Assembly (NCBI RefSeq): GCF_006345805.1
Contig: NW_021824954.1
Span: 310,001 to 374,000 of the forward strand
Length of the DNA: 64,000 nucleotides
Reading direction: 5' to 3'
Source: Octopus sinensis
Taxonomy: Eukaryota
Position numbers and translations under genes: made by a program
In this document: piece by piece, positions 50,900-64,000 of the stretch
Layout: each line of letters starts with the position of its first letter
Numbering within the stretch: position 1 is the first letter of the stretch
The notes under the pieces: model-generated
Told to the model about the DNA's origin: nothing
Seen by the model: only the letters and a program-made list of their open reading frames with translations
Databases searched by the model: none

Positions 50900-51222
50900 G
50901 TTGCTTCCTTTCAGCACGTAAAAAGCACCATCCGAACGTGGCCGATTGCAGTGCCGCCTTGACTGGCTTCTGTGCCGGTGGCACGTAAAAAGCACCAACC
51001 GATCGTTGCCGCAAGTGAGTCCCCCTGGCACCTGTGCCGGCGGCACGAAAAAGCACCCACTACACTCACAGAGTGGTTGGCGTTAGGAAGGTCATCCACC
51101 TGTAGAAACACTGCCAGATCAGACTGGAGCCTGGTTCAGCCTCCTGGCTTCCCAGATCCCGGTCACACTGTCCAACCCGTGCTAGCACGGAAAACGGACG
51201 TTAAACGATGATGATGATGATG
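50900..51222 (+). mobile_element. 3' part of a SINE or RTE-type element with a (GAT)n tail
   Basis: Three GCACGTAAAAAGCACC-type subrepeats; GTGGTTGGCGTTAGGAAGG..CATCCA; AACCCGTGCTAGCACGGAAAACGGACGTTAAACGATGATG. Confidence 0.7.
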
Positions 51223-52059
51223 ACTCTCCGTCTTTGTTTCTCTCTCCTTTCTCTCTCACTTTCCCACTCTCTTACTTTTCTTTTCTCTCGGACTCTCCCT
51301 AGCTTTCTCTTACTCTCTATCTTTATCTATCTCTCTCCCATTTATAACCAACAGAAGATCTTGAGTAAGTTGAGAAATAAAATATTTAGAAAGATCAATC
51401 ATAAATATCAGGCAGTGGCAATGGAAAGGTCTGCTTCAAGGCAGACAGCAAAACGCTAACATTTAAAAGGGACAGACGAACTTGCGAGCTGAATAAAAAT
51501 AATAAAAATATTGGAAACCAAGTTTGAAGGGATAGAATCTGAGGATAGTAGAGTCACCATGGCTGGCATTTCTTAACGACGGACAGCAACGTATTGACAG
51601 TTTAACGGCTGGCGTAAAATTTTGAACTTGCTGTAAAAGAAATTCGTAAACAACCAAGTTTTGAAGTGATTCTTTCTCACGACAGTAGACTCACCATGGC
51701 AAGCATTCAAAATTTCTTTATCATGGACGGCAACACATTGACGATTAAAAGGCTGGCGCAAATTTTTTAGCTTGATGTAACAGAGAATTGCTAAACACCC
51801 GCTCCTTTAAATTTTAATCCCCTTCCAGCCCCATTTAGACCCCTTTTCACATTTTGGTTAATATAACCCGATTTCATTCGGGTCTACTGAGGCCACATTT
51901 TATAAGATGAGGATTTTGTCCTAGAGGTGACGCCTTTCATTTGAGGAAAGAAATAGTTGTCATGCAAACTTGCCAGCACTTTTAACATAGGTGTGCATAT
52001 TTTCAGCTGAATCGACCGACTACGTAATGCACACATTATATATATATATATATATTATA

Positions 52060-52102
<43 letters not shown>

Positions 52103-52261
52103 TATATGTATATATATATATGTGTGTGTGTGTGGTGGCACGCATTATATATACAATGTATACAAATGAGATATATATCTGTATAAATTAAATTAGAGAT
52201 AAAACCACTAATAGGCAAATCAAACAGTGAAAAACCAAAAACAAAAACATAAAAAAATATA

Positions 52262-53422
52262 TCTTTATATATAAAAGTGAAGTTGTGTGTCTGTCTTCTA
52301 CGATTTAGATCCTTAACTACTCCCACATTTTGCGGTGCAGTTTAACCAAAACCGGGTATCTTATAGTCGTGATTCATATCGAGCCCTTCTGGGTATTAGC
52401 GCACGTCTACGATGAGTCTACGATTTTTTAAAAAAATTACCATCATTTTTTCCATTTTAATGTTTTCGCTATTATATAAGGGAAGTAACTCTCTAAAAAT
52501 GTCTACGATGAGTCAACGATTTAAAAAAAATTTACCATCATTTTTTTCCATTTTTAGTGCACTTTTTTTGCTATTTTTTGGCTATAACTCTCTAAAAATT
52601 CTTATATAGTTATTTCCCTTACAAACCCGAGCAACGCCGGGCGATACTGCTAGTAGAAAATATATCTTTATATATAAAAGAAAGGTTGTGTGTCTGTCTA
52701 CTCCGATTTAGATTCCTAACTACTCCCACATTTTGCGGTACAGTTTAACCAAAACCGGGTGTCTTATAGTCGTGATTCATATCAAGCCCCTCTGGGTATT
52801 AGCGCGCGTCTACGATGAGTCTACGATTTAAAAAATAATTTACCATCATTTTTTTCCATTTTAATGCATACTTTTTAAATATAAGGGAAGTAACTCTCTA
52901 AAAATGTCTACGATGAGTCAACGATTAAAAAAAAATTACCATAATTTTTTTTCCATTTTTAATGCATTTCTTTGCTATTTTTTGGCTATAACTCTCTTAA
53001 AATGCTTTATAGTTATTTCCCTTACAAACCCGAGCAACGCCGGGCGATACTGCTAGTCTTTATATATAAAAGTAAGGTTGTGTGTCTGTCTCCTACGATT
53101 TAGATTCCTAACTACTCCCACATTTTGCGGTGCAGTTTAACCAAAACCGGGTATCTTATAGTCGTGATTCATATCGAGCCCTTCTGGGTATTAGCGCGCG
53201 TCTACGATGAGTCTACGATTTTAAAAATAATTTACCATCTTTTTTTTCCATTTTAATGCATTTTTTCGCTATTATATAAGGGAAATAACTCTCTAAAAAT
53301 GTCTACGATGAGTCAACGATTTTAAAATGCATTTTTTTGCTATTTTTTGGCTATAACTCTCTAAAAATGCTTATATAGTTATTTCCCTTACAAACCCGAG
53401 CAACGCCGGGCGATACTGCTAG
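52262..53422 (+). mobile_element. Three tandem ~390-bp non-autonomous Helitron-like units
   Basis: Units 52262-52653, 52665-53056 and 53057-53422. Each starts TCTTTATATATAAAAG and ends CCCGAGCAACGCCGGG-CGATACTGCTAG. Confidence 0.88.
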
Positions 53423-53699
53423 TAAAATATAAAATTGAAAAATTTAAATTATTAAAATTGAAAATAAAAATTATTAAATTATATTTATAATTTGTGTAAA
53501 AATATATATAACTATGAAAAAGTATGAAAAAGTTTAATATACATAAATACAGATATATACACTTTGTATATATACATTATATATACATATTTATATATAG
53601 AACACACACACACACATACATTATATATACATATTTATATATAGAACACACACACACACACATATAAATGAACGCAAGAATTTCTGATTCATAATATTT

Positions 53700-54069
53700 G
53701 TTCTCATGCTCGTGTGTTGTTGGTGACAGACAGATACATAAAAGAACGCCGAAGAGATGGGAAGGTAAGGAAACAGAGTGAGTGAAAAAGAGAGGAAATA
53801 GCGAGAGTGACAGATACTTTAAATAACGGTAGTGGAATTGTGAAAGTTATATATGAAGGAGAGTGAGAGGGTAATGGAGGAAATAGCGTGAGTGAGGAAG
53901 ATGGCCCCTAGCAACCACACCTTTTAAGATAGGGATTTCTAAGGTAGCCCACGGGCATCGTCACCTCATTCTACATGACCCTGTAAATTTTGGAGCGAAT
54001 CGGACGGGATGTAGTGGCATTGAAAGCGATCCAAGCGGTAAAAACGCATTTCAGTTTTATATATAGAGA
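53700..54069 (-). mobile_element. Helitron-like element 5' part
   Basis: Minus-strand start TCTCTATATATAAAACTGAAATG at 54069. Confidence 0.6.
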
Positions 54070-55345
54070 CTAGCTAATGTACCCGATAATTCCCGAGAGT
54101 AAAGACGTTCTATTGAAACGTCTTATTACTCTGATATAAGAAAGCAATTTTGTTATAATTGCCACAAAAGGTGTATTTTCCGTCACAAAAACGTACAGAA
54201 AACTGTCAGCTGGAGGAGTGAGAGATTGTTGGAAGTTGGCAAGAGAGGATTTCAGAGGTTGGCGTGAAAGATTGTCGAAAGTTGGTGAGAGAGTTTATAT
54301 AAATATATGTATGAAGTGTTTGAAGAAAGTGCAATAATAACGTTCACTCTCACTGATGGCCGCACTCTGTAACTGTCTTTAGCTTACGGGGTTCTTGTTT
54401 TTATAACTATCGAAAAGCAGCCAGAAGGATAGACATATTATTGAGAACAAATGATTTCGTTGGAGGTCTGTTATCTGCATTCCAGCCACGGTGGCCTAGA
54501 AGTAGTTAGAAGGGTCAATCGGCAAATACATTATTCTGCTTAGCGAATACTATTGTTTTACGGTGAGAAAAGCGCTGTTGAAATGTTAAGTGAAATTTGG
54601 CAATCGAGGATCGAATACGCAATATGCCTGCATGAAGCCACTATAAATACGTTGTGGAATAAAAAAAATCATCTACTGTCATGGAAAAAGTGTAACTGTA
54701 AAAATGCAGTAATGGGCATTCAAAAACGTATATATGTATAGAAATGGTAAATTATTTTAAAAATCAAATTAAGGAAGTGCAATAATAATGTTTAGCAGTC
54801 CAAAACTGTGAGTAGTGAAATGTAGAATTAGGTCGGCTGATCGTGAGAATCAAATATTGATCGCTTTGCTAAAAACTGCAGGTGGTATGGGTTATTTCTT
54901 TAGGGTTATTTAAATAAACTATTAGTAATATGTAGTAGATAGAAGGATCCATTGGAAGAGCCCTTTTATCGATTTTTTCAACGATCTAAATATGTCACGA
55001 GGTTTCTAGACATGAGTTCTACCCACGTGTCAAATAAAATGGTATTGTCTGCAAAAATTAGAAATTGGACACTCAAAAAATCAATATTCAAAGTGATCGA
55101 ACATAAACAATGAAATAGATTATTTCCCTTGAGTGTTTAAAAAATATTGTGTAGATGGTATGGGGTATTTAAAAAATTAGTTATATGAGGTAGGTATAAA
55201 GGTTCCTTCCAGGGGTCATATTATCGATTTTTCAACAATCTAAGTAGGTCACAAGGTTTCCAGACATGAGTTCTACTCACGTGTCAAGTTTCATCGAAAT
55301 CAATAAAACGATGTAGGAGTTAGCTAACAACGCCACAAACACACC
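54070..55345 (-). mobile_element. Helitron-like non-autonomous element with an internal duplication
   Basis: 3' end CGGGAATTATCGGG-TACATTAGCTAG; duplicated blocks near 54960-55030 and 55220-55290. Confidence 0.6.
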
Positions 55346-55447
55346 GATTTTCCACATATGTATGTATGTATGTATGTATTTATGTATGTATGTATGTATT
55401 GTATATATATATATAATATATAATATATATATATTATATATATATAG

Positions 55448-55485
<38 letters not shown>

Positions 55486-55973
55486 ATATATATATCTAAT
55501 ACATCATATATATATCATATTATGTATGTATGTAGTATAATGTATGTCTATCTATCTATCTCTCTCTGACTGACGGATGTGATGTCGTTTCGCTCCGAAG
55601 GTAATCATTTATTTTGACTATTTAAAGTGTATATTGACAAACATTTTTGCTTAAAGTTGTACAACAACATCCACTGTAAACCTTTGATAAATATCACACA
55701 AAATTTTGCCCCTTGTGGGCAAAATTTAAAAGAAAAAATTCTCATAGCCTTCGTGGTTTCATTTAGTAGCCATTTTATTTCCAAAATGGCCACTGGCCAC
55801 CACGAGGCTAGTTGCAAGTGAAGCGTGACGCAGAAACAGAAAAACAGGATGCCCTGTTAGCATACGCCGAACCTGACAACTCCACCACCACCAACACCAA
55901 CAAATACAAAACAAAGGTCGCAAGGCCACACCGTCAACACCATCAGTGAGTCCACCACCACCACCACCACACC

Positions 55974-57883
55974 ATGGCAGAATCTGCTACTAAAACTGCT
56001 ATCCCTACTAAAGATATCGCCACCAATAACATCACCATCACCGTCACCAAAGACCGTGCTGTCAATGCTACTAATACTACCAACACCACCGCCGTCACCA
56101 AGAACGACAATAACAACAACAAACGACGACGACAACAACAATTCCCTTCAACCACTGCTCACTCACTCCATCACCAACAAGTGAAAAAATAACGACGACA
56201 AGCAAACGAAATGTCGAATTTTGCCCTAGTGCAGGACTAAAGTACGCAGGCAATTTCCACCCCTTCCTACTTGCACGATCGAACCAACACACCAATTTTA
56301 CAAACTGCAGCCAACAACAACATCACCACAAGCAACAACAATAACAAAACAACAACAAATTTCGCTGAGGCGATTAAAGAAAAAAAAAACAACAATATAC
56401 TTTACGGCTCAACAATTACAGGACACGAACATCAAAATAACAGAATCAGAAGGTATCGTAAAAATTAACATACCAGAAGATATTTTGGAAAATGAAAAAA
56501 GACGAACAATCATTTATAAAATAGTTAACAAAAAAACAAAAATCCCAGAGAAGGCCAACACAGGCAAAATAGAGAAGTGCTTGAAACCCATCTGGGATCA
56601 CAAAGAATATGTAACCTGGTGGAACAAATTTGCCCACATACAAGTCGTTTTCTACACCGAAGAGTTAGCTAGACATTTCTCAACGCTAACTCTTCACTCA
56701 GATGAACTCCAACTTACACCAAGCTATCGGGGACAGAAAGTGACTAAGATCACTCTAAACAATGTCCCCAAAATAGCCAATAGTCTATGGCTTGTAAAGG
56801 CTTATGCGTAAAAATGGCGAATTATACTATTTTGGAAACCACAGTCACAGAGCATAAAAACTGGGTGGGAAAGAAAATAGAATTTCTTCTACATATACAT
56901 CATGAAGATATAAAAAAAATACCCACCCAGATATGTGTATCAGACGACCACAAGTTATATGTGGTCGTCGATGGCAGAAGACCACGTTGTTACATATGCG
57001 GCAGTGAGCAACATCTCAAAAAAGACTGCAAATCTGCCGCAAGAAAACAACAGCAACAACAACAGCAGCCGGAAACAAAAACAAATAAACAAGGTTTACT
57101 ACCCACACCACTTTTTGCAGGAACAACCTCACCAAACAAACAACCACACCAACTGCAGCACCAAGAACAGAAGCAGCATCACCAACAACAACAACCAAGA
57201 ATATACCAACTCCCAAACCAAGGACATCTGCCAAAAAGACACCCAGCATAAATGAAGAAACAATTACAACTCCAAATCCCCACAAAATTGAGACCCTAAA
57301 CAACACAACAATACCCACAATCACTCAAACAAACACAAATACCCAAACCCCACATCCAAAACCGCATACACCACAACCAAACGCTCACCAACCAACACCA
57401 CAACAAAACCAACACAGTCGACAATAGACCCCAATACTTTCCCTCTTCCAGACTCCGATTCGTCTGATCTGTCATTAGACGAAGAAGACACGGAAGTTTG
57501 GCAAATAGCCACAGGGGGGAGAAGAAAAAGGGGAAAAAAAAGAAAAGAAAAATAACAAACAAAGCGGGAAGATACACCACTCCCGAAACAAAAACATCCA
57601 CAGAAAACACCACATCAACACAAACACACCATCATCAAACCCCCCAAAAATGTTGACAGCCATAAACACAAACAACCACGACCTAATGGAACACATTAGG
57701 TCAAACACTAACATTACTGAAAACGACATAAAAACAAGTAACCACCCACACACAACACCACCACAACACATTAAAATAATACACGTGACACAGAACACAT
57801 ACAGCACCCTGAAATCTCTTTACCCTGATGCAGTAGGGAGATTTCAAAAGTACTCATCAAAAAACTGTACAAAAGCCTCATAG
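55974..57883 (+). pseudogene. LINE ORF1 (RRM-like region plus gag-like zinc knuckle), broken by stops and frameshifts
   Basis: RPRCYICGSEQHLKKDC is CX2CX4HX4C; low-complexity T/N/Q-rich flanks. Confidence 0.75.
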
Positions 57884-57972
57884 AAGAAGACCGTGAGGTG
57901 AAAGACAAAGAACTTTCGAAAGACAAGTAACCTTTTCTCTCTCCTTTTCCTTTTTTGCACTTTTATCGGAAC

Positions 57973-60900
57973 ATGCTCAGAATAGGTAGTATAAATGTAC
58001 GTGGCTTGGGGTCGCCTTGGAAACAAGGCTACCTGTTAAATGACATCAAGTCACTAAATCTGAATATCATAGCCATCAGTGAGACCAGACTCCACAGCTT
58101 GCGGGCACTCCAGCACATTTTCGGTACACATTTCAACATTTATTTTTCTCCGTGTCTACCGAGAATGGGCGGAGGTGGCACCGCGGTGCTCATCCGGAAG
58201 AGTCTGGATCTCAAAGTAAGAGCAAATTTCCTAGACCCGGGGGGTAGGCTGGTCGTTTTGGATGTCGATGGCAGCAATGAGTGTGCTTTTCGACTGATAG
58301 CAGTTTATGCTCCGTCCTTAACAGGCCGACCAGATTTCTTTCGACGTCTAGAGTCTTTCATGGGAACGTCTCGTCCTTTACTTTTAGTGGGGGATTGGAA
58401 TGCCACCCTGGACACGCATCTAGACTACGTGGGCAGAGATAGCAATAGAAGGGGATGCAAATGCCTCAAAGACCTGCTCAGACGTTTCCAACTGTCTGAC
58501 AGGTACCGACTGGACCACCCGAATGTGCCAATGTGGACATGAGTAACCGCATCGGGTCGTCCAGATCATACTTAGATAGAGTATTCTGTAGGACAATAGA
58601 TAAAAATAGTGTAGGTTGTCCACAATTTCATATAGTCAGTTACACAGATCACAAGTTTGTGACTTGTACACTTGACTTAGATAAGACACATAGGCAGGGT
58701 CCTGGTTACTGGAAACTGAACGCGTCTTTTACAGCACGACAGGTTTACAGGGACCGGATCAGCACATTAGTTAAGAGAGCTTTGACGGGTACCATCATCA
58801 ACAACAGATGGTGGTATGCCCTAAAAAAAGCGATTAAAGCAGAATCAGTCAGATACAGTAGAGCCCTAGCATTAGACCGAAATAGAGTAGAGGGAGAATT
58901 AGTTAAGGTTTTAGAAGAGGCACTTAGAACTGGCATCGCGTCCAACGTACTGGCGGCGAGATTGGCCCTCGACCAACACCTCAACGCCAAACACGAGGGA
59001 TGCGTTGTCAGAGCTAGGATGCGTGCTCTGAGGAACGAAGGAGTTGGAGCCGCCCAAGAGGCCCGAGTGGTGGAGACGCAACGAGGCAACAGAGCCACCA
59101 TCAAGTCTCTTATAGATGAACAGGGGCGCGAATTGCTCGAGCCTAAAAGGATGTGTGGGGTTTTTCAACAACACTTCACACCCACTGTTTGGGACAAGTG
59201 GTGAGTCAGAAAGCAGAGTGGACTTTAGTGCCTACCTGCATGCCTTGCCACGACTCTCAGCAAGGAGGTGGAGTCTTGTGAAAAGCCTATCACAGCTGCG
59301 GACGTACAGGATGCGATGGTAGGCTGCGCGAGAGACAAGTCACCAGGCTTGGATGGTCTGCCCTACGAATTTTATTTTCATATGCCAGACTTGTTTGGAG
59401 GCGTCTTGGCAGCTGTCTACTGCAACTGGCAGCAGAACACGGAGTATTCCTGCTTTTGTAAAGCGAGGAGCAGTGGCACTGATCAAGAAAGACCCAAACA
59501 AGGGGGACGTCATAGATAATTTCAGGCCCATCACTCTGCTCAACGCAGATTTGAAAAATTTTGGCCAAGGTGTTAGCCGAGAGGTTGGCGCTTGTCATCA
59601 AGAAACTAATCGACAAGGCGCAAACATGCGCCGTGCCGGGTAGAAGTATTCATGACAACCTCCATCTGATGCGCTACATCATAGACAGGGTAGTTAAAAA
59701 TCCTGGCATGGGTGGGGCGCTGATCAATTTGGATCAATCAAAAGCCTTCGATAGGGTAGACCATCACTACTTGGAGGCTGTCCTCAAAGCGGCTGGTTTC
59801 AGTCCAGTTTTCCGCGGTTGGATCGCTGCCTTATACAGCGGCATCCGCTCAGTAGTTCGCGTAAATGGTCATCTATCCAGACCTTTTAACATCATGCGTT
59901 CGGTTCGTCAGGGATGCCCCCTCTCATCGCTGCTGTATGTACTGACTCTTGAGCACTACTGCGGAAACTGGCGACGCTGAGGGGCATCCCACGAGAGCTG
60001 GGATGCGGGAGGAGCGTGTCTGCATACGCGGATGACGTCACCGTCATAGTGTCGAGCTACGAGCACATCGAGCTGGTCGGCGAGACACTGAAAGAATACG
60101 AAGCGGTAACGGGAGCAAAAATTAACCGGGAAAAGTCAGTGGGCTTGCGGCTCGGCACCTGGAGAAGCAAGCCCATGCCGTCCAACAGCGTCTCCATCGT
60201 GGGACGCTGGACGGACGGACCGGTTAAATTGCTCGGGGTCTGGTTCGGTCCGGACCTCCAAATGGAGAAGACTGGGGCGAGATAACGACTAGGGTGGCTA
60301 CTCTCACCCAGAAATGGACTGAGAGAAAGCTATCCCTAAAGGTCGGGCGGAGGTGGCGAACGCGTACATCGCATCCGTCATCGAGTACCGTCTGACCGTC
60401 GTGCTTGTCCCGACCCTACCATCACCAAACTGGAACGCATACTCTTCCGCTTTTGTGGAAGGGAAACGTTCCGATGGTTAGGCGATCCATTTGCTGCCAA
60501 CACCCGCTAAATGGAGGGCTGGGCATGCCGTGGTTGATGATGCGCAGACATGCGCTGAGACTGCGACATCTCCGGCGCTTCATAGACAACGGTGAACAGG
60601 GTGTCGCCTTTTGTGCGGCGCGCTTTCCCGCAGCTCGTCTCCTTGGACGAACTACAGTCATGGATCAAGCAGAGACCGAGGCTAGGCGAATGGCACCGTG
60701 AGTGTCGCGTTGCTCTCAAGCAACTCTGCCGTCCGGGATCGAACTTGTGCGACTCCATCACAACAAAGGCATTCTATAGAGGATTAGTGGAGGGGAGGTG
60801 CGACGACGAACTCGGGCAGAGTCTGGGCGTCGACGAGGAACACCTGACCCGCCTGTTCAGGACAACTTTCGGGCCGGGACCTATGACAATCACCAAAGAT

Positions 60901-61399
60901 CCCTGGCCTGGCAGTGCTATCGAGAAGCATTACCTGTTCGGGATAAGCTCTACAGACACGGTTCCAGACACACTGGACCGACTTGCCCGAGATGCGGTCA
61001 GAGCGACGAAACCGTCTGCACGCACTCGTGCAATGTCCAACCATTTCCGACCTGTGGGCTTATGCCGAACGGCTGCTGTCACGTGTGGGACGAATCCGCC
61101 TATCGGCCGAGTCTATCGTGAGAATTGCTCCGCCCCCTTCCCTCAACCGGGAAGGCAGGCAGTTTCAATCGTACTGGTGGCCATGGTGAAAGAATGTGTG
61201 TGGTGGACTCGAGCGAAAGGATTAGAGACAAACACTTACCTCTCTGGCCAATCGCTCATCAACTTTTTCAAGTACCACTTGAAAAGGAAGGTGAGAATGG
61301 AGAGGGAAGTTTGTCTCGCGAAAGATTCAAAAAAAGATGGGTGAATGTTGCAAAGATGGTGCGTCTAGTAACGAAACCATTTTGAGCATGATCCTGTAG
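57973..61399 (+). pseudogene. LINE ORF2 (AP endonuclease, reverse transcriptase, CCHC), multiple frameshifts
   Basis: MLRIGSINVRGL; AISETR; VYAPS; VGDWNA; SYLDRV; YTDHK; KSPGLDGLPYEFY; FRPITLLNAD; DQSKAFDRVDH; VRQGCPLS; AYADDV; CPRCGQSDE. Confidence 0.93.
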
Positions 61400-61735
61400 A
61401 TCGTAAAAAAGAAAAAAAGAGAGCATTTTTGACCTCATGTGTTTATTTCCTCCCTGACTGGGGTTCCCGTGGTCTTTTCTGTAGGCTTTTCTTCCCACGG
61501 ATGAACCCAATCTTGTTATATCAATGTTTACACCATTATTTCTGTGATACACGATTTTCTTTTTTTTCCTTTTTTTTTTTTCCTCCTCTCGATCCCTTTT
61601 GATCGCAATCTTACATTTTTTTTTTTTTATTTTTTTCCACCCTCGAAAAGAAAAGCTCTGCATTTGTATTTGTCCCCTCTGTATTCAGCCCTGTGTGGCT
61701 AATAAAAGAAAGTTATCTTTACACAATTGCATACA

Positions 61736-61759
<24 letters not shown>

Positions 61760-61766
<7 letters not shown>

Positions 61767-61987
61767 CTTTTATATTTTACTTATTTCAGAAATTTGACTG
61801 CGGTTATGCTGGAGCACCGCCTTTAGTCGAGCAAATTGACCTCAGTACTTATTCTTTGGAAGCCTAGTACTTATTCTATCGGGCTCTTTTGCCGAACCGC
61901 TAAGTTATGGGGGACGTAAACACACACCATCGGTTGTCAAGCAATGTTGGTGGTGACAAACACAGACACACATATACACACACATAC

Positions 61988-62018
<31 letters not shown>

Positions 62019-62190
62019 CATATATACGACGGGCTTCTTTCAGTTTCCATCCACCAAATCCACTCACAAGGCTTTGGTCGGCACGAGGCTATAGTAGAAG
62101 ACACTTGCCCAAGGTGCGACGTAGTGGGACTGAACCCGGAACCATGTGGTTGGTAAGCAAGTTACTTACCACACAGCCACTCCTGCGCCT
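61760..62190 (-). mobile_element. SINE family A, full length
   Basis: Head GGCGCAGGAGTGGCTGTGTGGTAAG on the minus strand; tail GGCGGTGCTCCAGCATAACCGCAGTCAAA. Confidence 0.88.
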
Positions 62191-62236
62191 AGCTACTTAT
62201 ATACGTATATCTCAGCGCCTCCCACACGCAAACATA

Positions 62237-62751
62237 CGAGTGTTGTACTGAAAGTCATACAAAAGTGGGTGTAACTTTTATTAAGTAACATAGGTCGTTC
62301 AAATTGTACATGTTGGTAGTATAAATGTCAGCATGTAACTCTTGTTTCTGTTGAAGTAACTTTTCTTCCTGTTCTTCTCCATTGAAGGTGAATGATAGGT
62401 TCCAAACAGAAATAATGTGCTGTCATTGAGTTCGTTAAGAACGAATTGGTGGTACATGCTGTCTGACATTCACAGAGTGCTACAAGTTGTTCACTGTAAA
62501 GTCAACATTTACAAAAGCAATGTGCACACAGAGATGAAGTTTCAAGAAAAGAAAATCAACGTTGAGGACATATCCCGTAGTGAGAGACCATCAACAGCGA
62601 ACACTCATACAAATCGCTTGCGAGAGGATAAATTGACTTTCACGGACCGACGAGTCACAATCCCCGACTTTTCCACAGAACAGGACTGTAGTCATAATGC
62701 GTTGCAGAAGATGGTGAAAGATATGGTTGTCAAAAGTGTATGTGTGTGTAT

Positions 62752-62823
<72 letters not shown>

Positions 62824-63480
62824 AAGATGGGTACGTCGGCAGTTGACACCTGATTCGAAGGAGAGAAAGGCAAGCGTTTGTTCTAAGTCACGTCTTTTTT
62901 CGATTTGGTAACAATGTATGAAACGAGGGCGTATCTTAATGATCTGAAAATGAAGACTCAGTTCATAGAATGACGTCACGCCCTTTCTTTGAGTCCTAAG
63001 AAGTTCAACGGTCAGCTATCGGTATAGAAAGTCATGGTGATTATTTTTGGGGATTTCTAGAGCCTCATTCACCTTAAATATCTGAAAAGTGGTTGCACTG
63101 TGAACAGCAAGCGGTACAGTGAGACCCTCAAAAAGCTCAGACAAGCCATTAGGAGGAAGTGACCGAAAAAGAATCTAAAGATGGTCTACAATCAACAGCA
63201 CAATGCGTAACAGCTCACACGTTTAGCCACTAATCACACAATAGGCAAATTAGGTCGGTCAGGGATCCTACATCTACGTTACAGCTAAGATCTAGCGTCC
63301 TTCACCTGTTTGGTCCAATGAAAGACAGAATACGGCGTCAGCGATATGATAAAGTGAAATTAGGAGTGAAGTCATTACAACAATACACACCTGAATATTT
63401 TCCAAAGTGGATTCGTGAGTTGGGTTCAATGATAGCATATATGCCTCGCTTGTGATAGAGATTAAGTTGATAATACCTTT
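62237..63480 (+). mobile_element. Decayed mariner transposon interrupted by (GT)n
   Basis: TA|CGAGTG left end; VEDISRSERPST..DRRVTI; CARWVRRQL; SPKKF; TVNSKRYSETLKKLRQAIRRK; degenerate HDNA and YSPDLA motifs. Confidence 0.8.
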
Positions 63481-63666
63481 GTATAGAGCAAAAACTACTC
63501 TACCAATAAGAGCAGTTTGAACGACCTATATCAGTTAATAAAACTGATGCTCACATTTGCATTTTTTCGGTTCAAGGGTTTATGTGCATGTTTATGTGTA
63601 TATATGTGCTTGCGTGTATGCGCGCGCACGTGTCTGCGTGTGTGCCTGCGCGCGTGTATTTATGTA

Positions 63667-64000
63667 CGAGGTCTGATCAATAAGTATCCGGACTGTTGCT
63701 ATAGTAACGAAGCTAAAGCACGCAGAGTGAAGCCGCTTGGAACAGATTTACCTTGAACTCTGCTGTGCATGCGCACTAAGTTTAACGTTCTAGCTCACTT
63801 CCGTTGTTTACAGCAGTGCTTGGAAGGAAGGTGTGTAGCGTGTGATCGTCGCATTGATCATGACAGAAAAAACTGTCATGGCGATACCTGCTGACAGGCC
63901 TACGCAAAGTCGCAGAAAGTGTTTGGGGAGGAGTGCATGAGCCACACACAAGTGTATGAGTGGGTCAGATGTTTCCAAGATGGCCAAAAATGTTGATATT
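63667..64000 (+). mobile_element. 5' end of another mariner element (runs off the window)
   Basis: TA|CGAGGTCTGATCAATAAGTATCCGGAC TIR-like end; KVFGEECMSHTQVYEWVRCFQDG HTH. Confidence 0.75.

Larger units (their letters stand above)
55565..61711 (+). mobile_element. Nearly full-length Tx1/L1-clade LINE (about 6.1 kb), inactivated by frameshifts
   Basis: 5' UTR, ORF1, APE-RT-CCHC ORF2, pyrimidine-rich 3' UTR and AATAAA end. The 5' boundary is uncertain. Confidence 0.88.

Noticed and set aside
51460-53422. CRISPR-like or satellite array
   Set aside because: Units are 135-390 bp diverged TE subrepeats with no unique spacers; the context is eukaryotic.

Overview
AT-rich (TA/CA/TAA/CTAT microsatellite-dense) eukaryotic DNA. 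The SINE and LINE repertoire looks like a coleoid cephalopod, most likely Octopus (inference from repeat types, not a database match). The only candidate host coding sequence is a partial 3' exon ending in one C2H2 zinc finger at 3-161. The rest is transposon-derived. Non-LTR retroelements: Penelope-like elements (RT, GIY-YIG and pseudo-LTR remnants), R4/Dong-like RLE LINEs in (TAA)n including a 1.49-kb tandem duplication, CR1-type and RTE-type LINE remnants, one nearly full-length Tx1/L1-clade LINE (about 55.6-61.7 kb) plus a 5'-truncated relative, and several tRNA-derived SINE families. DNA transposons: mariner, an intron-bearing Tc1, a hAT/Buster-type transposase and non-autonomous Helitron-like elements. 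Most ORFs in the supplied track are microsatellite or antisense artefacts. The most unusual observations are (1) two abutting long palindromes at 29.4-30.8 kb whose tips carry the identical 10-nt loop GAGTAACCTT; (2) a fully foldable minimal hammerhead-ribozyme motif with a compensatory G3:C8 core swap at 44101-44150; (3) two SINE/LINE 3'-tail partnerships visible within the window; (4) apparent microsatellite targeting by the Tx1-like and Dong-like LINEs; and (5) head-to-tail CTAG|TC Helitron junctions. All alignments were done by eye; coordinates of degenerate elements are approximate.
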